Numbered from the stretch's first letter, positions 27,444 to 42,098 are shown. The stretch is DNA of 64,000 bases from Eledone cirrhosa (GCA_964016885.1 OZ024758.1:30132001-30196000), one strand, 5' to 3'. Numbers and translations are program-made. The notes: generated from the sequence alone by a model not told the origin.

Positions 27444-27841
27444 TCATCATCATCATCATCATCATTTCATTTTACGTCCGCTTTTCCCTGCTTGCAAGGG
27501 TGGGACGGGAACTGATTCTGGCTTGATTTCTACAGCTAGATGCCCTTCCTAACACCAACCTCATTTACAGTGAGTGCTGGGTGCTTTTTTGCCGTGGCAC
27601 CTCCACGTCCACTTTACAGTGAGTGCTGGGTGCTTTTTTGCCGTGGCACCTCCACGACCACTTTGCAGTGGAATGATAGGGACCCCAGTCCCTATCATCT
27701 CATTTCTACAGCTGAGTAAACTGGAGCAATGTGAAATAAAGTGTCTTGCTCAAGGAAACAACAGATCACCCGGTCTGAGAATTGAACTCACAACCTTTTG
27801 ATTGCAAAGCCAATGCTCTAACCACTAAGCCATGTGCCTCC
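27444..27841 (-). mobile_element. tRNA-type SINE family 2 with RTE-like 3' tail (representative copy)
   Basis: Head ggaggcacatggcttagtggttagagc...gagttcaattc, body ccttgagcaagacacttt, tail gttaggaagggcatc...(GAT)n; copies near 22895, 25015, 30308, 36780, 37596, 50253. Confidence 0.8.
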
Positions 27842-28206
<365 letters not shown>

Positions 28207-29306
28207 ATAACCCATGCAAGTGTGGAAAAATGGACATAAAAATTAGGATATATATATATAAAGCAAGCCAATTTTATATGTAAAACAAAATGCTGACATT
28301 TCATTTATTTTTTTATAGTGCAAACAAAAAAAAGAAAAGCGAGCACTCACATACACATATATATATAATAGAACAAACAATAAAAAAAAGCCTACTTTAA
28401 GATACTGATGGAATTTTAATTTATAGTCTCATTTACAGGAAAATTTTATTCAAAATTTCAGATTAACAACACAGATCTTTGACAAATTTTACACCCAATA
28501 ACTTAGTTTGTTTTCTCAATGAATAGTGAAATTCCTGTCTGGAACCTTGGTCTGTTATCTTGGTATCTTTTGCCTGTTTTTTATAGTAAGAGAAGACTTT
28601 AGAATTATATGGTCTTCATTTTCTTGTGTGTTTTTTTTTTTACTAGTTAATCTAAACTATAATAAAGGGAGGAGTGCGGGAGAGTGCCAGTTTTATATCT
28701 TTTTATCCCGTTAGTAAAATAAGTTGGATTACTTTGAATAAATAATGAATGAATGTTACATAATTTATCTACTAAATTTCGTAGCTGTTGATTAAACATA
28801 AATATTCTTATATATAAAGTATTGCTTATTTTAAGATTCACTTCTTTAAAATTTTCAAATGTCAACACTTCCAGTTAGTGTCTGTTATATTATAACACTC
28901 ATCACATCACTTATATAAACATTCATATATTTGCATTGTTATATAAGGTTTATATTTCCATCGCTAATTTTCTCCTTTTTTAATTTTCATAAAATTTATC
29001 ATGTTGTATATATAATATCGTCTTTTTTAAATGTATCATGGATTACTTTACTGATTATAGAAGAGAGTGTAACACAGACTTCATCCAGTTTCTGTACATA
29101 TTATCAATTACGATTCCATTTGACGTATCATATCTACATGCATGTATATTTGCGTATAATATCAATATACACACTACACATGCTAGCAGAAAAACACCCC
29201 TGGGTGGTTTTCTGCTAGTTAAAGTAATAACAGAGTCTCAAAACTTTTAATCGACCGACATACACTGCATCAATCAATGCAGTTGATCATCATTATCACC
29301 ATTTAA

Positions 29307-29532
29307 CCCTTTAATGTTCAAACTGGCCCAAACCGGCCAGAATTCTCTACCTCTTTCTGTTGAAACTGGATGTAACTGGTCGCTCAAACTGATGTTAAGG
29401 TATTGTTCTCAAAATAAATACTTTCAAAATCGAATCTATGAAGATTCGATATTATGTGAGATATTTATGTGAGGTAAAGCCTTTACAATGAAAATATAAT
29501 AGTATATATAGAGTAATGTGGAAGCTAAAGGG
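29307..29532. mobile_element. piggyBac-type MITE, intact monomer (~226 bp)
   Basis: TTAA|CCCTTTA ... TAAAGGG|TTAA; contains one copy of the sequence amplified in the 72-bp arrays. Confidence 0.85.
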
Positions 29533-31421
29533 TTAATGTCTATATTCCATGCTTGCATGGGTTAGATGGGTTGTCACATTATGTCATATTATAGAGTAAT
29601 GAAGCTGTTTGTTTCCAAATGAATCAAATATTATTATTTGATATAACACTCACGAATACATTTATATAGATATTTCATGGAAATATTTTTATATCATTTC
29701 AGACATGAATTGTTAAATCTTATGCCAGCCATTACATTATATTCCCGAGTAAAACACTTCAGTTTGTTCCAGTTTTGGCTGAAGTAAAAACACGTTCCAC
29801 TTTTACTTTACAGTTGAGTGGTTAGCTGTAGTCAGGGAATCCAGCTGTAAAAAAAAACAACAATTGGTCTAGAAACAAACCATCCTACATGCACATATTA
29901 AGTTTGGGTATGCAAGGGAATAGATGTCAAACAATACTACATCCCCCTCCCTTGAAAAAACCTAAACTAAACAAATATGTTGATATAATCTATTAGATGT
30001 CATTCCTAGAAATATTAGCATAGAGGTTAGTGTACCCATATCGTCAAAAATGATAGTTTTATTAATCAAGAAAAAATATTTTCGAATAGGCTATGTAGCT
30101 GGTAAACCCTAAACGGACGCAACACACATATTGCGATAGTGTTTCACCAGCCCCTTCCTGTCTCAGTTATTCATAGATGGGTGTGTATATTATAATTATT
30201 TTGTATAATGTGTCTATTTATGAATATGTATGAGTAGATGTGTGTGCGTGTGTATGTATGGGTTTGCACTTCTGCTGTCTATCTGTTTATGTATTTACAT
30301 ATGTGTGGTTAGAGCAAGGACCGGGTGATGTGTTGTTTCCTTGAGCAAGACACTTTATTTCACATTGCTCCAGTTTACTCAGCTGTAGAAATGAGATGAT
30401 AGGGACTGGGGTCCCTATCATTCCACTGTAAAGTGGTCGTGGAGGTGCCACGGCAAAAAAAGCACCCTGCCCACACTAAAGTGGTCGTGTAGGTGCCACG
30501 GAAAAAAGCACCCAGCACTCACTGAAAATGAGGTTGGTGTTAGGAAGGGCATCCAGCTGTAGAAATCAAGCCAGAATCAGTTCCCGTATGAGCAAGACAA
30601 AGTCAGCCGACTGGACACTGCCCACAAACAGGACAACCCGTCTAACCCATGCTAGCATGGAAGAACGGACGTAAAACGGTGATGATGATGATGTGTGTGT
30701 ATGTTACTAAAATAGACGACTAAATGATTTTAACTTGTTTTTTAACATTTGATACTGGAAAAGATTTCAAATTGTAAAAGGCCTCAACTCACTCTTACCG
30801 GCTATTTTACTGGGAGTGGTTACATAGCCTCTTCCAATTATTTAGAATAGATACACCATGTCCCTGTATTTTGTATGATGTGACTAAAAGGGTTGGTGTC
30901 AAGTAAGACTTCCAGCTGTAAAACACTGCTTCAAAAAGTCCTGTCAGCTGAGTATACTGGAGCAATGTGAAATGAAGTATCTTGCTCAAGAACACAACAC
31001 ACAACCCAACTCAGGTATTGAACCCATGATGTTATGTTGATACAGCCAAACAAAATAGTTTGTTTTGTTCAATGATGTTATTTGAACTTGTAACTTTCTG
31101 GTCAGTAATTCAGTATGACTACTTATTTAGTGTACTGGATACAGTGTGTCTCTTGATTTAGCGTGGGTGTGTGAGTGTGTGGGTGTGTGGGTGTGTGCAA
31201 GTGTATGTGTTTGAGAGAGAGAGTGTGTGTGTGCAAGTGTATGTGAGTGTGTGTGTGTGTGAGAGTGTGCTTGCATGTGTAGTGCATTCTCTTTTAATTA
31301 GAGGCAAAGTAAAGTTTACATTATCAAGATTAATCTATATCTTTACTAATTAATCACAATTATTGACAATCATGGATGTATTATGTAGTAAAATAGTCTG
31401 GGTTGTAGGTCATAGAGTGCA

Positions 31422-31814
31422 AATTAATATTATTATAATATTATTATAATTAATATTATTATAATATTATTATAATTAATATTATTATAATATTATTATA
31501 ATTAATATTATTATAATATTATTATAATTAATATTATTATAATATTATTATAATTAATATTATTATAATATTATTATAATTAATATTATTATAATATTAT
31601 TATAATTAATATTATTATAATATTATTATAATTAATATTATTATAATATTATTATAATTAATATTATTATAATATTATTATAATTAATATTATTATAATA
31701 TTATTATAATTAATATTATTATAATATTATTATAATTAATATTATTATAATATTATTATAATTAATATTATTATAATATTATTATAATTAATATTATTAT
31801 AATATTATTATAAT
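31422..31814. repeat. A/T-only 26-bp tandem repeat (~15 copies)
   Basis: Unit aattaatattattataatattattat. Confidence 0.9.
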
Positions 31815-32084
31815 CATTATCAATGGTGGTGGATTGGCAGTGCCGGTAGAGGGTCGGACGCCATGTTTAGCAGAATAGAGTTACGGTCCTTTACGATCTG
31901 AGTTCAAATCCAGCCGAGGTTAACTTTGCCTTTCATTCTTACGGGGTCAATAAAATAAAGTACCAGTAATGTACTGGGGTAATTGCTGGCCTTGTGCCAA
32001 AAGTAGAAATATTAATATAATCATTATCATCACTGATATGTCTTGTTAATCAGCAGGTCCTTCATATACACACACACACACACA

Positions 32085-32141
<57 letters not shown>

Positions 32142-32224
32142 TCATACACACACTAAAACATTCACACACACATTCTCATACACACACACACTCTCTCTCT
32201 CATACACACACACACACACTCACA

Positions 32225-32886
32225 CTGCTTTCACCCTTAACGGGATCTTCTGAAACTAAAAAAATCAATCTGTGAATGCAGAAGTAAATATTTCGAAAAA
32301 CGTTACACACTATATACATATATACACACGCACTATATATACATATATATATACACACACACACACATAGCATCATAATGGCATAATGCAGACAGCCAGA
32401 CATACAGACAGATATTATAAGGGCGCCACATTATATCTATGTCTCTAACTAAAAAGATAGACGAAGAATTATAGAGAGATCGCTAAATCGCCTAATGCGG
32501 TCCCTAGGGCATCGAAAATTTGAAATATATTTTGCTCAAAACACTCACAGGACCATAAGTATTACATGTGTAAAGTTTGAAAACAATCAGTTGGGTGGTT
32601 CTCGAGTTTTAGGGAGTCAGACAGACAGATAGACATTCTCTGTTTTAGATATATAGATTATTTGGAATATAAATGTTTGACTTATTGGTTATTTATGACT
32701 CACCTTGTATTTTAATAGAAATTTGTTGAATAAAGTGCATCAAGATATAAATAAAAAAAATACATTTATAAAATGTACAATTCCCACAGGTCTCACTAAT
32801 TTTGTGTAATGTTTGAAAACAACCGGTTGGGTGGTTCTCAAGTTTTAGGGAGTCAGACAGACAGGCATCTGTTTTAGATATATAGA
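32225..32886 (-). mobile_element. Helitron 5' fragments (two 5' ends)
   Basis: Minus-strand TCTATATATCTAAAACAGA starts at ~32657 and ~32886; body matches 63675-64000 and 15135-15215. Confidence 0.65.
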
Positions 32887-33004
32887 TTACCATTCTTATT
32901 TTTCAGTTTATTTACAGAAATAATGTCAGGTCTGCTGTGATAAGTATTGTGTAGCTATATGGAAATGTCTGTAACGGTGTGTATATATATGTGTATATGT
33001 GTGT

Positions 33005-36000
33005 ATCATCATCACCATCATCATCATCATCATCGTTTAACGTCCATCTTCCACGCTTGCATGGGTTTGGACGGGAGTTTTCCCACTTGAGGCAAGAGTG
33101 GTTGTCTTGCTCGCATAGGACTGTCTGGCAGGTTTTCTACAGCTGGATGCCCTTCCTAACACCAACCACGTTTACAGTGTGGACTGGGAGGTTTTTACCG
33201 CGTTACCTACACGACCACATTACAGCGTGGACTGTGTGTTTTTTTGTCGTGACACCTACACGACCTCATTTGTTCGGACTGGATGTTGTGGTACCAACAT
33301 AACTTTACATTGAAAGGGGTGGTGTGGATGGGGTGGGGGTAGTGGGACGGGAGTGTATTTTTGTTAGAGGTGCCTACTGACTAGTAGGTTTCACTTTGTA
33401 CTTAGGTAAGGCGGGTCTTCTGTATTACTGTGTAGCGCCAAAGATCTCAGTCCAGTGACATTGTCTTGGAGAGGTGTAAGTGTGTGAGGTCGGAATCTTT
33501 CAAGTTGTCCCAGGTTTTTCTGGGTCTGCCTACTCCGTGGCTACCGTCTATTTTTATTGGCCTGCACTTTTTTATACAGCTGTCGTCTTTCATGTGCATC
33601 ACGTGACCATACCAACGTAGTCTTCTCTCGAGTAAACAACATCTGATCCCTCTTATTTCTAATTTTTCCCTTAGTTCATTTATGCTTTGCCGTTCACGTA
33701 TATTACTATTACACATCCAGCAGAGCATGCAAGCTTCGTTCCTCTCCAGTCTGCGTATATCCTCTGCACACAATGCCCAGGTCTCACTGCCATGTAACAT
33801 TGCTGTTCGTATGCAGGCATCATACAGCCTGCCTTTCATTTTTAGAGAGAACCCTTTAGCGGCTAATAGTGGTATAAGCTCTCTGAACTTTTTCCATCCA
33901 GTTCTGACTCTAGCTACTGTACTTTCAGAGCACCTTCCACCACTGCTGATTTTGTCGCCCAAGTAATGGAAGGTGTCCACTATTTCTATAGAACCATCTG
34001 TGCAATGGAATGAGCTAGTATTCTGTGGGCACTTGCTGCTACTTATTGCACCAGAGCACCGGCCACATATAAAATCTATGTTCTTAGTTAGCTTACTTGT
34101 GATCCCACTACATCTTTTATGCACCCATACTTTGCATTTGGGACATAAAATGGAGTTTCTACCTACTCCTTTCCTACACACTGAGCATGGCCATTTCCCG
34201 GATGGGACCGGTGCCCTATTTTCCTTCCTACAAACTAGAACTTTAGTCTTAGAGAGGTTAATTTTAAGGCCTTTTGATTCTAGGCCATGCTTCCATGTTT
34301 GGAATTTCTTCTCTATTTCAGCCATTGATTCAGCTACGAGCGTTAGATCATCTGCGTATAGGAGTTCCCATGGGCAGCCGGTCTTGAACTCCACTGTTAT
34401 AGCCTGAAGGGCAATAATAAATAGTAGGGGGCTAAGAACGGAGCCCTGATGAACACCAACTTTTACGCTAAACTCTTCACTATATTCGTTGTTAATTCTA
34501 ACCTTGCTGACTGTTTCTTTATACATGGCTTGTATAGCTCTCACAAGCCATTTATCAACACCTAGTTTTCTAAGAGCCTACCAGATAATGGAACGGGGGA
34601 CTCTGTCAAAGGCTTTCTCCAAGTCGACAAAAGCTAAGTATAGGGGTTTACTTTTAGCTAGGTACTTCTCCTGTAGTTGTACAATGAAAAGAGCGTCTGT
34701 GGTACTTTTACCTGACACAAACCCGAACTGCATTTCATCTAGATCAATTCGCTCTCTGATTAGTTGCGCTATTACTTTTTCTGTGACTTTCATGACCTGG
34801 TCGATTAATTTAATGCCTCTATAGTTACCCCTATCTAGGGCATCTCCTTTACCCTTGTAGCAGTTAATGATGATGCTGCTACGCCAGTCCTTCGGAACAA
34901 CCCCATTCTGTATGACTTGATTTACTATCCGGGTGACCATGGTATGTCCCGCCGTTCCAGAAGCTTTCAGCATTTCAGCAACTATTTCCGAAGGCCCAGC
35001 CGCCTTACCCGTCTTCATATCTTTGATTGCCTTACTTATTATACGACCTTCGACTAACACTGCTGGTCCCTCTATTGGATCGATGTGGGGGAGACTGTCT
35101 TTCTTCCATTTATTCTCCTCATTTAGTAGCCTTTCGTAGTGACACTTCCAAGCTACCTTCTTATCAGCGTCAGTGATGGCAAGTACACCATCATCATTAA
35201 GGACACACTTCTCCCTGACAATATCACGGTTTTCCTTGACACATTGCCTAGCAATCCTGAACACCTCACGTTTTTGGTCCTCGCGTTGTAGAACATGCTT
35301 GAACTTTCTTTCCTCTGCTTCCCTTCTTGCGAAGTACACTTGTCTCCTAGCTTCCCTCCTGGCCACTTGATAGTCTTCTCTACTTCCCCCATCCCACCAT
35401 ACTTTCCAAGCCTGCTTTTTGGCCTTAATTGACTCCTCCACCTTACTGTTCCACCACCACGTTACTCTCCTCCTGCCTATAGGCCTGCTCCAGCCACAGA
35501 CTTCATCTGCTGCCATCAGCAGGTTTGCTTTCAGGAATTCCCACTGTTCCTCTATATTGTTCGACTCTAAATGCTCTTCCTTACTGTCGAAAGCATCAAG
35601 TAATATGCTTTTAAATTTATTACTGGCTGTGGGGTCCTTTAGCTTCCATATTTTTCTCCTGAGGATAGTCCTCTTCTGTTGTCGAGTATGTCTCGTCCTG
35701 ACTATGAGGTCGCTAATTATCAGTCTATGTTGGGAGGTGCATTCTTCATGGGGGAGGGATTTAGTGTTAACAACAGACACTCTGTCACGTCTTCTGGTAA
35801 GGATATAATCTACCTGGCTTGTGTGTTCCCCCGATCTATAGGTGATCAAGTGATTGTCTCGTTTTTTGAAGTTAGTGTTACAGATAGTTAGGTTATTTGC
35901 GTCACAGAATTCCAGGATTCTGGAGCCTTCCTCATTTCTAGTACCAAACCCATAGCCTCCATGGATTCTGTCATAGCCGTCACAATGTTGTCCAACGTGA

Positions 36001-36203
36001 CCGTTTAGGTCGCCAGCAATAATTATATAGTCACTGTCGGTTATTTGGGAGGTAGTGAGCATCAGTGTCTCATAGAATCTGTCTTTTATAGTGCCAGGCA
36101 GTCCGGATTGGGGTCCGTACGCAGATATTACTGTCACAGTGGTTCTATTTAGAACAAGTCTTATTTTAATTATTCTGTCATTCACTCTATTTAAGTCTAT
36201 TAT
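33005..36203 (-). mobile_element. RTE-clade non-LTR retrotransposon, 5'-truncated
   Basis: APE-RT ORF, 3'UTR and (GAT)n tail at 33005-33034. Confidence 0.95.
33447..36185 (-). pseudogene. RTE ORF (APE endonuclease + reverse transcriptase) broken by one in-frame TAG at 34578-34580
   Basis: APE motifs AGDLNGHVG, SQVDYIL, SQHRL; RT motifs NYRGIKL, QFGF, FVDLEKAFD, GVHQGSVLSP, YADD; the two listed ORFs are in the same frame. Confidence 0.92.
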
Positions 36204-38055
36204 ATTTGTGTATATGTGTGTACACTAGTGTGTATATGTGTGTATATATATGTGTGTATATTTGTGTATATGTGTGTACACTAGTGTGTATATATGTATG
36301 TGTGTGTATGTGTGTGTACACTAGTGTGTATATATATATGTGTGTGTATGTTTATATATGCGTGTATGTATATGTATGCATATATGATATGTGGGTATGT
36401 ATATATGTGTGTATATATATATATATGTGTGTATATATGTATGCATACATATTTTGTATGTGTGTGTATATATATATATATGTGCATATATGTGTCTGTA
36501 TAGTATATGTATATGTATGTATATGTATGTGTGCATAAATGTGTGGTATATATATGTGTATATATATATGTATATATAAGTATCTGTATGTGTGTATAGG
36601 TGTGAAAAAAAGGAGTGACATGGTGAGTCTATTAGAGTTAATTAACGAGAGTATTTTAAATATTACATCTATATCACCTACATACTGCTTCCTGCCTCAG
36701 TCTGCTTTGCATGTTTAATTAAGCGCACGCACACCATGCACATATACATATACCAGTGCATTCATACACTTGACAGCATCATTTCATCATCATCATTTTA
36801 CGTCTGCTTTTCCCTCCTTGCAAGGGTGGGACGGGAACTGATTCTGGCCTGATTTCTACAGCTGGATGCCCTTCCTAACACCAACCCCAATTACAGTGAG
36901 TGCTTGGTGCTTTTTTGCCGTGGAACCTTCATGACCACTTTGCAGTGGAATGATAGGGACCCCAGTCCCTATCATCTCATTTCTACAGCTGAGTAAACTG
37001 GAGCAATGTGAAATAAAGTGTCTTGCTCAAGGAAACAACACATCACCCGGTCTGAGAATTGAACTCACAACCTTTTGATTGCAAGCCCAATGCTCTAACC
37101 ACTAAGCCATGTGCCTCCACACCATATACATATATATATATATATAATAATTGTTTCTACTTTAGACACAAGGCCAGCAATTACCCAGTGCATTACTGGT
37201 ACTTTATTTTATCGACCCCGTAAGGATGAAAAGGCAGAGTTAACCTCGGCGGGATTTGAATTCAGACCATAAAGGGACGTAACTCTTTGCTGCAAAGCAT
37301 GGCGTCCGACTCTCTAGCGATACTGCCAATCCACAAGGAGTTGACGGACCCAGCATATTTATCAATGCCAGTACCGGTTGTATTTCAGCGTACTCAATAG
37401 GTAATGTAAGATACATTCCCAGAGTATACACATAGTTGAGGCAAGTTGGGTCAGGTGACCGTGTCTCGCTCATATAGGACTGTTTCCGGCTAGTTTTCTA
37501 CGGCTGGATGCCCTTCCTAGCGCCAACAACATTTACAGTGTGTGCTGGGTGCTTTGTACCATGTCTCCTACGTGACCACTTATATATATATATATCATCA
37601 TCATCTTCATTTTACGTCCACTTTTCCCTGCTTGCAAGGGTGGGACGGGAACTGATTCTGGCTTGATTTCTACAGCTGGATGCCCTTCCTAAAACCAACC
37701 TCATTTACAGTGAGTGCTGGGTGCTTTTTTGCCGTAGCACCTCCACGACCACTTTGCAGTGGAATGATAGGGACCCCAGTCCCTATCATCTCATTTCTAC
37801 AGCTGAGTAAACTATATATATATACACACACACACACATACACATACAAACTGATGCATATGCATACATAACAACATACATATATACATACTGCCACTCC
37901 TATATACATTCCAATGTACAAGCCCACCAACAAACTTTTGTGTAGCTACTTGGTTTGCCATAAACAATATAGTGAACACATTTTCTTCAAATGACTCCTA
38001 GCTTGCACTTTAACCCTTTTGTTACCATATTTCCAACAAAACATACTGTCTATAA

Positions 38056-41000
38056 CGGTGGTGTTTGTTTTGAAAGGTTTTTGATATGAATTCACGTGTT
38101 AAAACAGATGTTATATTTGGGGAGAGCCATGTTGTTATAATGTTGCCAGAAATATATAGTAAAACACACTCACTGTATTTGGGGAGAGCCATGTTGTTAT
38201 AATGTTGCCAGAAATATATAGTAAAACACACTCACTGTATTTGGGGAGGGCCATGTTGTTATAATGTTGCCAGAAATAGATAGTAAAACACACTCACTGT
38301 ATTTGGGGAGAGCCATGTTGTTATAATGTTGCCAGAAATAGATAGTAAAACACACTCACTGTATTTGGGGAGAGCCATGTTGTTATAATGTTGCCAGAAA
38401 TAGATAGTAAAACACACTCACTGTATTTGGGGAGAGCCATGTTGTTATAATGTTGCCAGAAATATATAGTAAAACACACTCACTGTATTTGGGGAGGGCC
38501 ATGTTGTTATAATGTTGCCAGAAATATATAGTAAAACACACTCACTGTATTTGGGGAGAGCCATGTTGTTATAATGTTGCCAGAAATAGATAGTAAAACA
38601 CACTCACTGTATTTGGGGAGAGCCATGTTGTTATAATGTTGCCAGAAATAGATAGTAAAACACACTCACTGTATTTGGGGAGAGCCATGTTGTTATAATG
38701 TTGCCAGAAATATATAGTAAAACACACTCACTGTATTTGGGGAGGGCCATGTTGTTATAATGTTGCCAGAAATATATAGTAAAACACACTCACTGTATTT
38801 GGGGAGAGCCATGTTGTTATAATGTTGCCAGAAATAGATAGTAAAACACACTCACTGTATTTGGGGAGAGCCATGTTGTTATAATGTTGCCAGAAATAGA
38901 TAGTAAAACACACTCACTGTATTTGGGGAGAGCCATGTTGTTATAATGTTGCCAGAAATATATAGTAAAACACACTCTCTGTATTTGGGGAGAGCCATGT
39001 TGTTATTATGTTGCCAGAAATATATAGTAAAACACACTCACTGTATTTGGGGAGGGCCATGTTGTTATTATGTTGCCAGAAATATATAGTAAAACACACT
39101 CACTGTATTTGGGGAGAGCCATGTTGTTATTATGTTGCCAGAAATATATAGTAAAACACACTCTCTGTATTTGGGGAGAGCCATGTTGTTATTATGTTGC
39201 CAGAAATATATAGTAAAACACACTCTCTGTATTTGGGGAGAGCCATGTTGTTATAATGTTGCCAGAAATATATAGTAAAACACACTCACTGTATTTGGGG
39301 AGAGCCATGTTGTTATTATGTTGCCAGAAATATATAGTAAAACACACTCTCTGTATTTGGGGAGAGCCATGTTGTTATTATGTTGCCAGAAATATATAGT
39401 AAAACACACTCACTGTATTTGGGGAGGGCCATGTTGTTATTATGTTGCCAGAAATATATAGTAAAACACACTCACTGTATTTGGGGAGAGCCATGTTGTT
39501 ATAATGTTGCCAGAAATAGATAGTAAAACACACTCACTGTATTTGGGGAGAGCCATGTTGTTATAATGTTGCCAGAAATAGATAGTAAAACACACTCACT
39601 GTATTTGGGGAGAGCCATGTTGTTATAATGTTGCCAGAAATATATAGTAAAACACACTCACTGTATTTGGGGAGAGCCATGTTGTTATTATGTTGCCAGA
39701 AATATATAGTAAAACACACTCACTGTATTTGGGGAGAGCCATGTTGTTATAATGTTGCCAGAAATATATAGTAAAACACACTCACTGTATTTGGGGAGAG
39801 CTATGTTGTTATAATGTTGCCAGAAATAGATAGTAAAACACACTCACTGTATTTGGGGAGAGCCATGTTGTTATAATGTTGCCAGAAATAGATAGTAAAA
39901 CACACTCACTGTATTTGGGGAGGGCCATGTTGTTATAATGTTGCCAGAAATAGATAGTAAAACACACTCACTGTATTTGGGGAGAGCTATGTTGTTATAA
40001 TGTTGCCAGAAATAGATAGTAAAACACACTCACTGTATTTGGGGAGAGCCATGTTGTTATAATGTTGCCAGAAATATATAGTAAAACACACTCACTGTAT
40101 TTGGGGAGAGCCATGTTGTTATAATGTTGCCAGAAATATATAGTAAAACACACTCACTGTATTTGGGGAGAGCTATGTTGTTATAATGTTGCCAGAAATA
40201 GATAGTAAAACACACTCACTGTATTTGGGGAGGGCCATGTTGTTATAATGTTGCCAGAAATAGATAGTAAAACACACTCACTGTATTTGGGGAGAGCCAT
40301 GTTGTTATAATGTTGCCAGAAATATATAGTAAAACACACTCACTGTATTTGGGGAGGGCCATGTTGTTATAATGTTGCCAGAAATAGATAGTAAAACACA
40401 CTCACTGTATTTGGGGAGAGCTATGTTGTTATAATGTTGCCAGAAATAGATAGTAAAACACACTCACTGTATTTGGGGAGAGCCATGTTGTTATAATGTT
40501 GCCAGAAATATATAGTAAAACACACTCACTGTATTTGGGGAGAGCCATGTTGTTATAATGTTGCCAGAAATATATAGTAAAACACACTCACTGTATTTGG
40601 GGAGAGCTATGTTGTTATAATGTTGCCAGAAATAGATAGTAAAACACACTCACTGTATTTGGGGAGGGCCATGTTGTTATAATGTTGCCAGAAATAGATA
40701 GTAAAACACACTCACTGTATTTGGGGAGGGCCATGTTGTTATAATGTTGCCAGAAATAGATAGTAAAACACACTCACTGTATTTGGGGAGGGCCATGTTG
40801 TTATAATGTTGCCAGAAATAGATAGTAAAACACACTCACTGTATTTGGGGAGAGCCATGTTGTTATAATGTTGCCAGAAATATATAGTAAAACACACTCA
40901 CTGTATTTGGGGAGAGCCATGTTGTTATAATGTTGCCAGAAATAGATAGTAAAACACACTCACTGTATTTGGGGAGGGCCATGTTGTTATAATGTTGCCA

Positions 41001-41315
41001 GAAATAGATAGTAAAACACACTCACTGTATTTGGGGAGGGCCATGTTGTTATAATGTTGCCATAAATATATAGTAAAACACACTCACTGTTTGGTTTTCG
41101 CTTCAGTATATTTTTATATTTCTATAAATAATTTAACTGGCAATCAATGTTTATCATTGATTTACCAACAGTTAAAAGATATAAATATAGATATAGTTTC
41201 TCAGCTAAATTATTTATAGAAATATAAAAATATACTGAAGCAAAAACCAAACAAAATAGTGTGTTTTACTATATTTCTGGCAATATTAGAACAACATGAC
41301 TCTCCCCAAATATAA
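38056..41315. mobile_element. Family-A foldback element hosting the 62-bp array
   Basis: 41030-41135 is inverted at 41205-41315; homologous to 540-697 and 51770-51895; actgtctataa direct repeat at 38045 and 41316. Confidence 0.65.
38116..41090. repeat. 62-bp minisatellite, ~48 copies
   Basis: Unit tttggggagagccatgttgttataatgttgccagaaatatatagtaaaacacactcactgta. Confidence 0.95.
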
Positions 41316-41814
41316 CACTGTCTATAATTTTGAAAATTTGGAGGGATTTACTAATACAAATAACATTTCATTAAGATGGTGTTTGGAACTTAACAAAGGC
41401 TCTTAAATAAAATTATGATGGCAGGTTAACATAAAGAACGATGTGCTCAATAGGGTAAAGACCCTTAAATGACAGAGAAAGAAGTTAGTATTTGATCCGT
41501 CTTTTAAGGGTCGTCACCCTATTTTATAAGTTATTTTATAGCATCTCTGCGCTTGAGCACGTCATCTTTTATATTCTCTATATTCTCAGTAGTCCTGGGG
41601 TCAATTCTTCCTCTCTCTGGAAGAAATCTGCTGTACTCAGACCTGGAGAGGGATGGGTTCTGCCATGCTTAAAATGCCCAAGAAACGCTGTATGTCAATG
41701 GCGCCCCTACGACTCTAAGGAGTTACGGGACCATACACACATACATGCCTATTCTCAGTACTTAAAAGTCCCAGAGATTGGCTATGTACTTGATGGACTG
41801 TAAATATAACCATA

Positions 41815-42098
41815 TTCAACATATTCAACTCCATTCCGGTACATGTCAGAAATCTATCAGGATGTAGTGTGGAATCATTCAAATTGCAGCTGGATAGACA
41901 CTTAAGCACCATTAGAGATGAACCCCATCTCCCAGGATATACACAACGAGCACAAACTGACTCAAACTCGCTCCTACACAGGTCAAAATTAAACAGAGAA
42001 TCCAACCTGGCAACCACACCAGACTCTGAGGTTGGAGTCTTCGACTTGGCCTGAGCATGGACTCAAACTCAAATGAAATGAAATGAAATGAAATGAAA
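41815..42098 (+). mobile_element. CR1/L2-like LINE 3' end with (AAATG)n tail
   Basis: IFNSIPVHVRNLSGCSVESFKLQLDRHLSTIRDEPHLPGY...SNSL is a typical LINE ORF2 C-terminus; (aaatg)5 tail. Confidence 0.7.

Noticed and set aside
27770-27841. tRNA-like sequence
   Set aside because: It is the head of a multi-copy SINE, not a complete cloverleaf gene
38116-41090. CRISPR-like appearance of the tandem arrays (also 18730, 46171, 52781)
   Set aside because: No unique spacers, no cas genes, eukaryotic context
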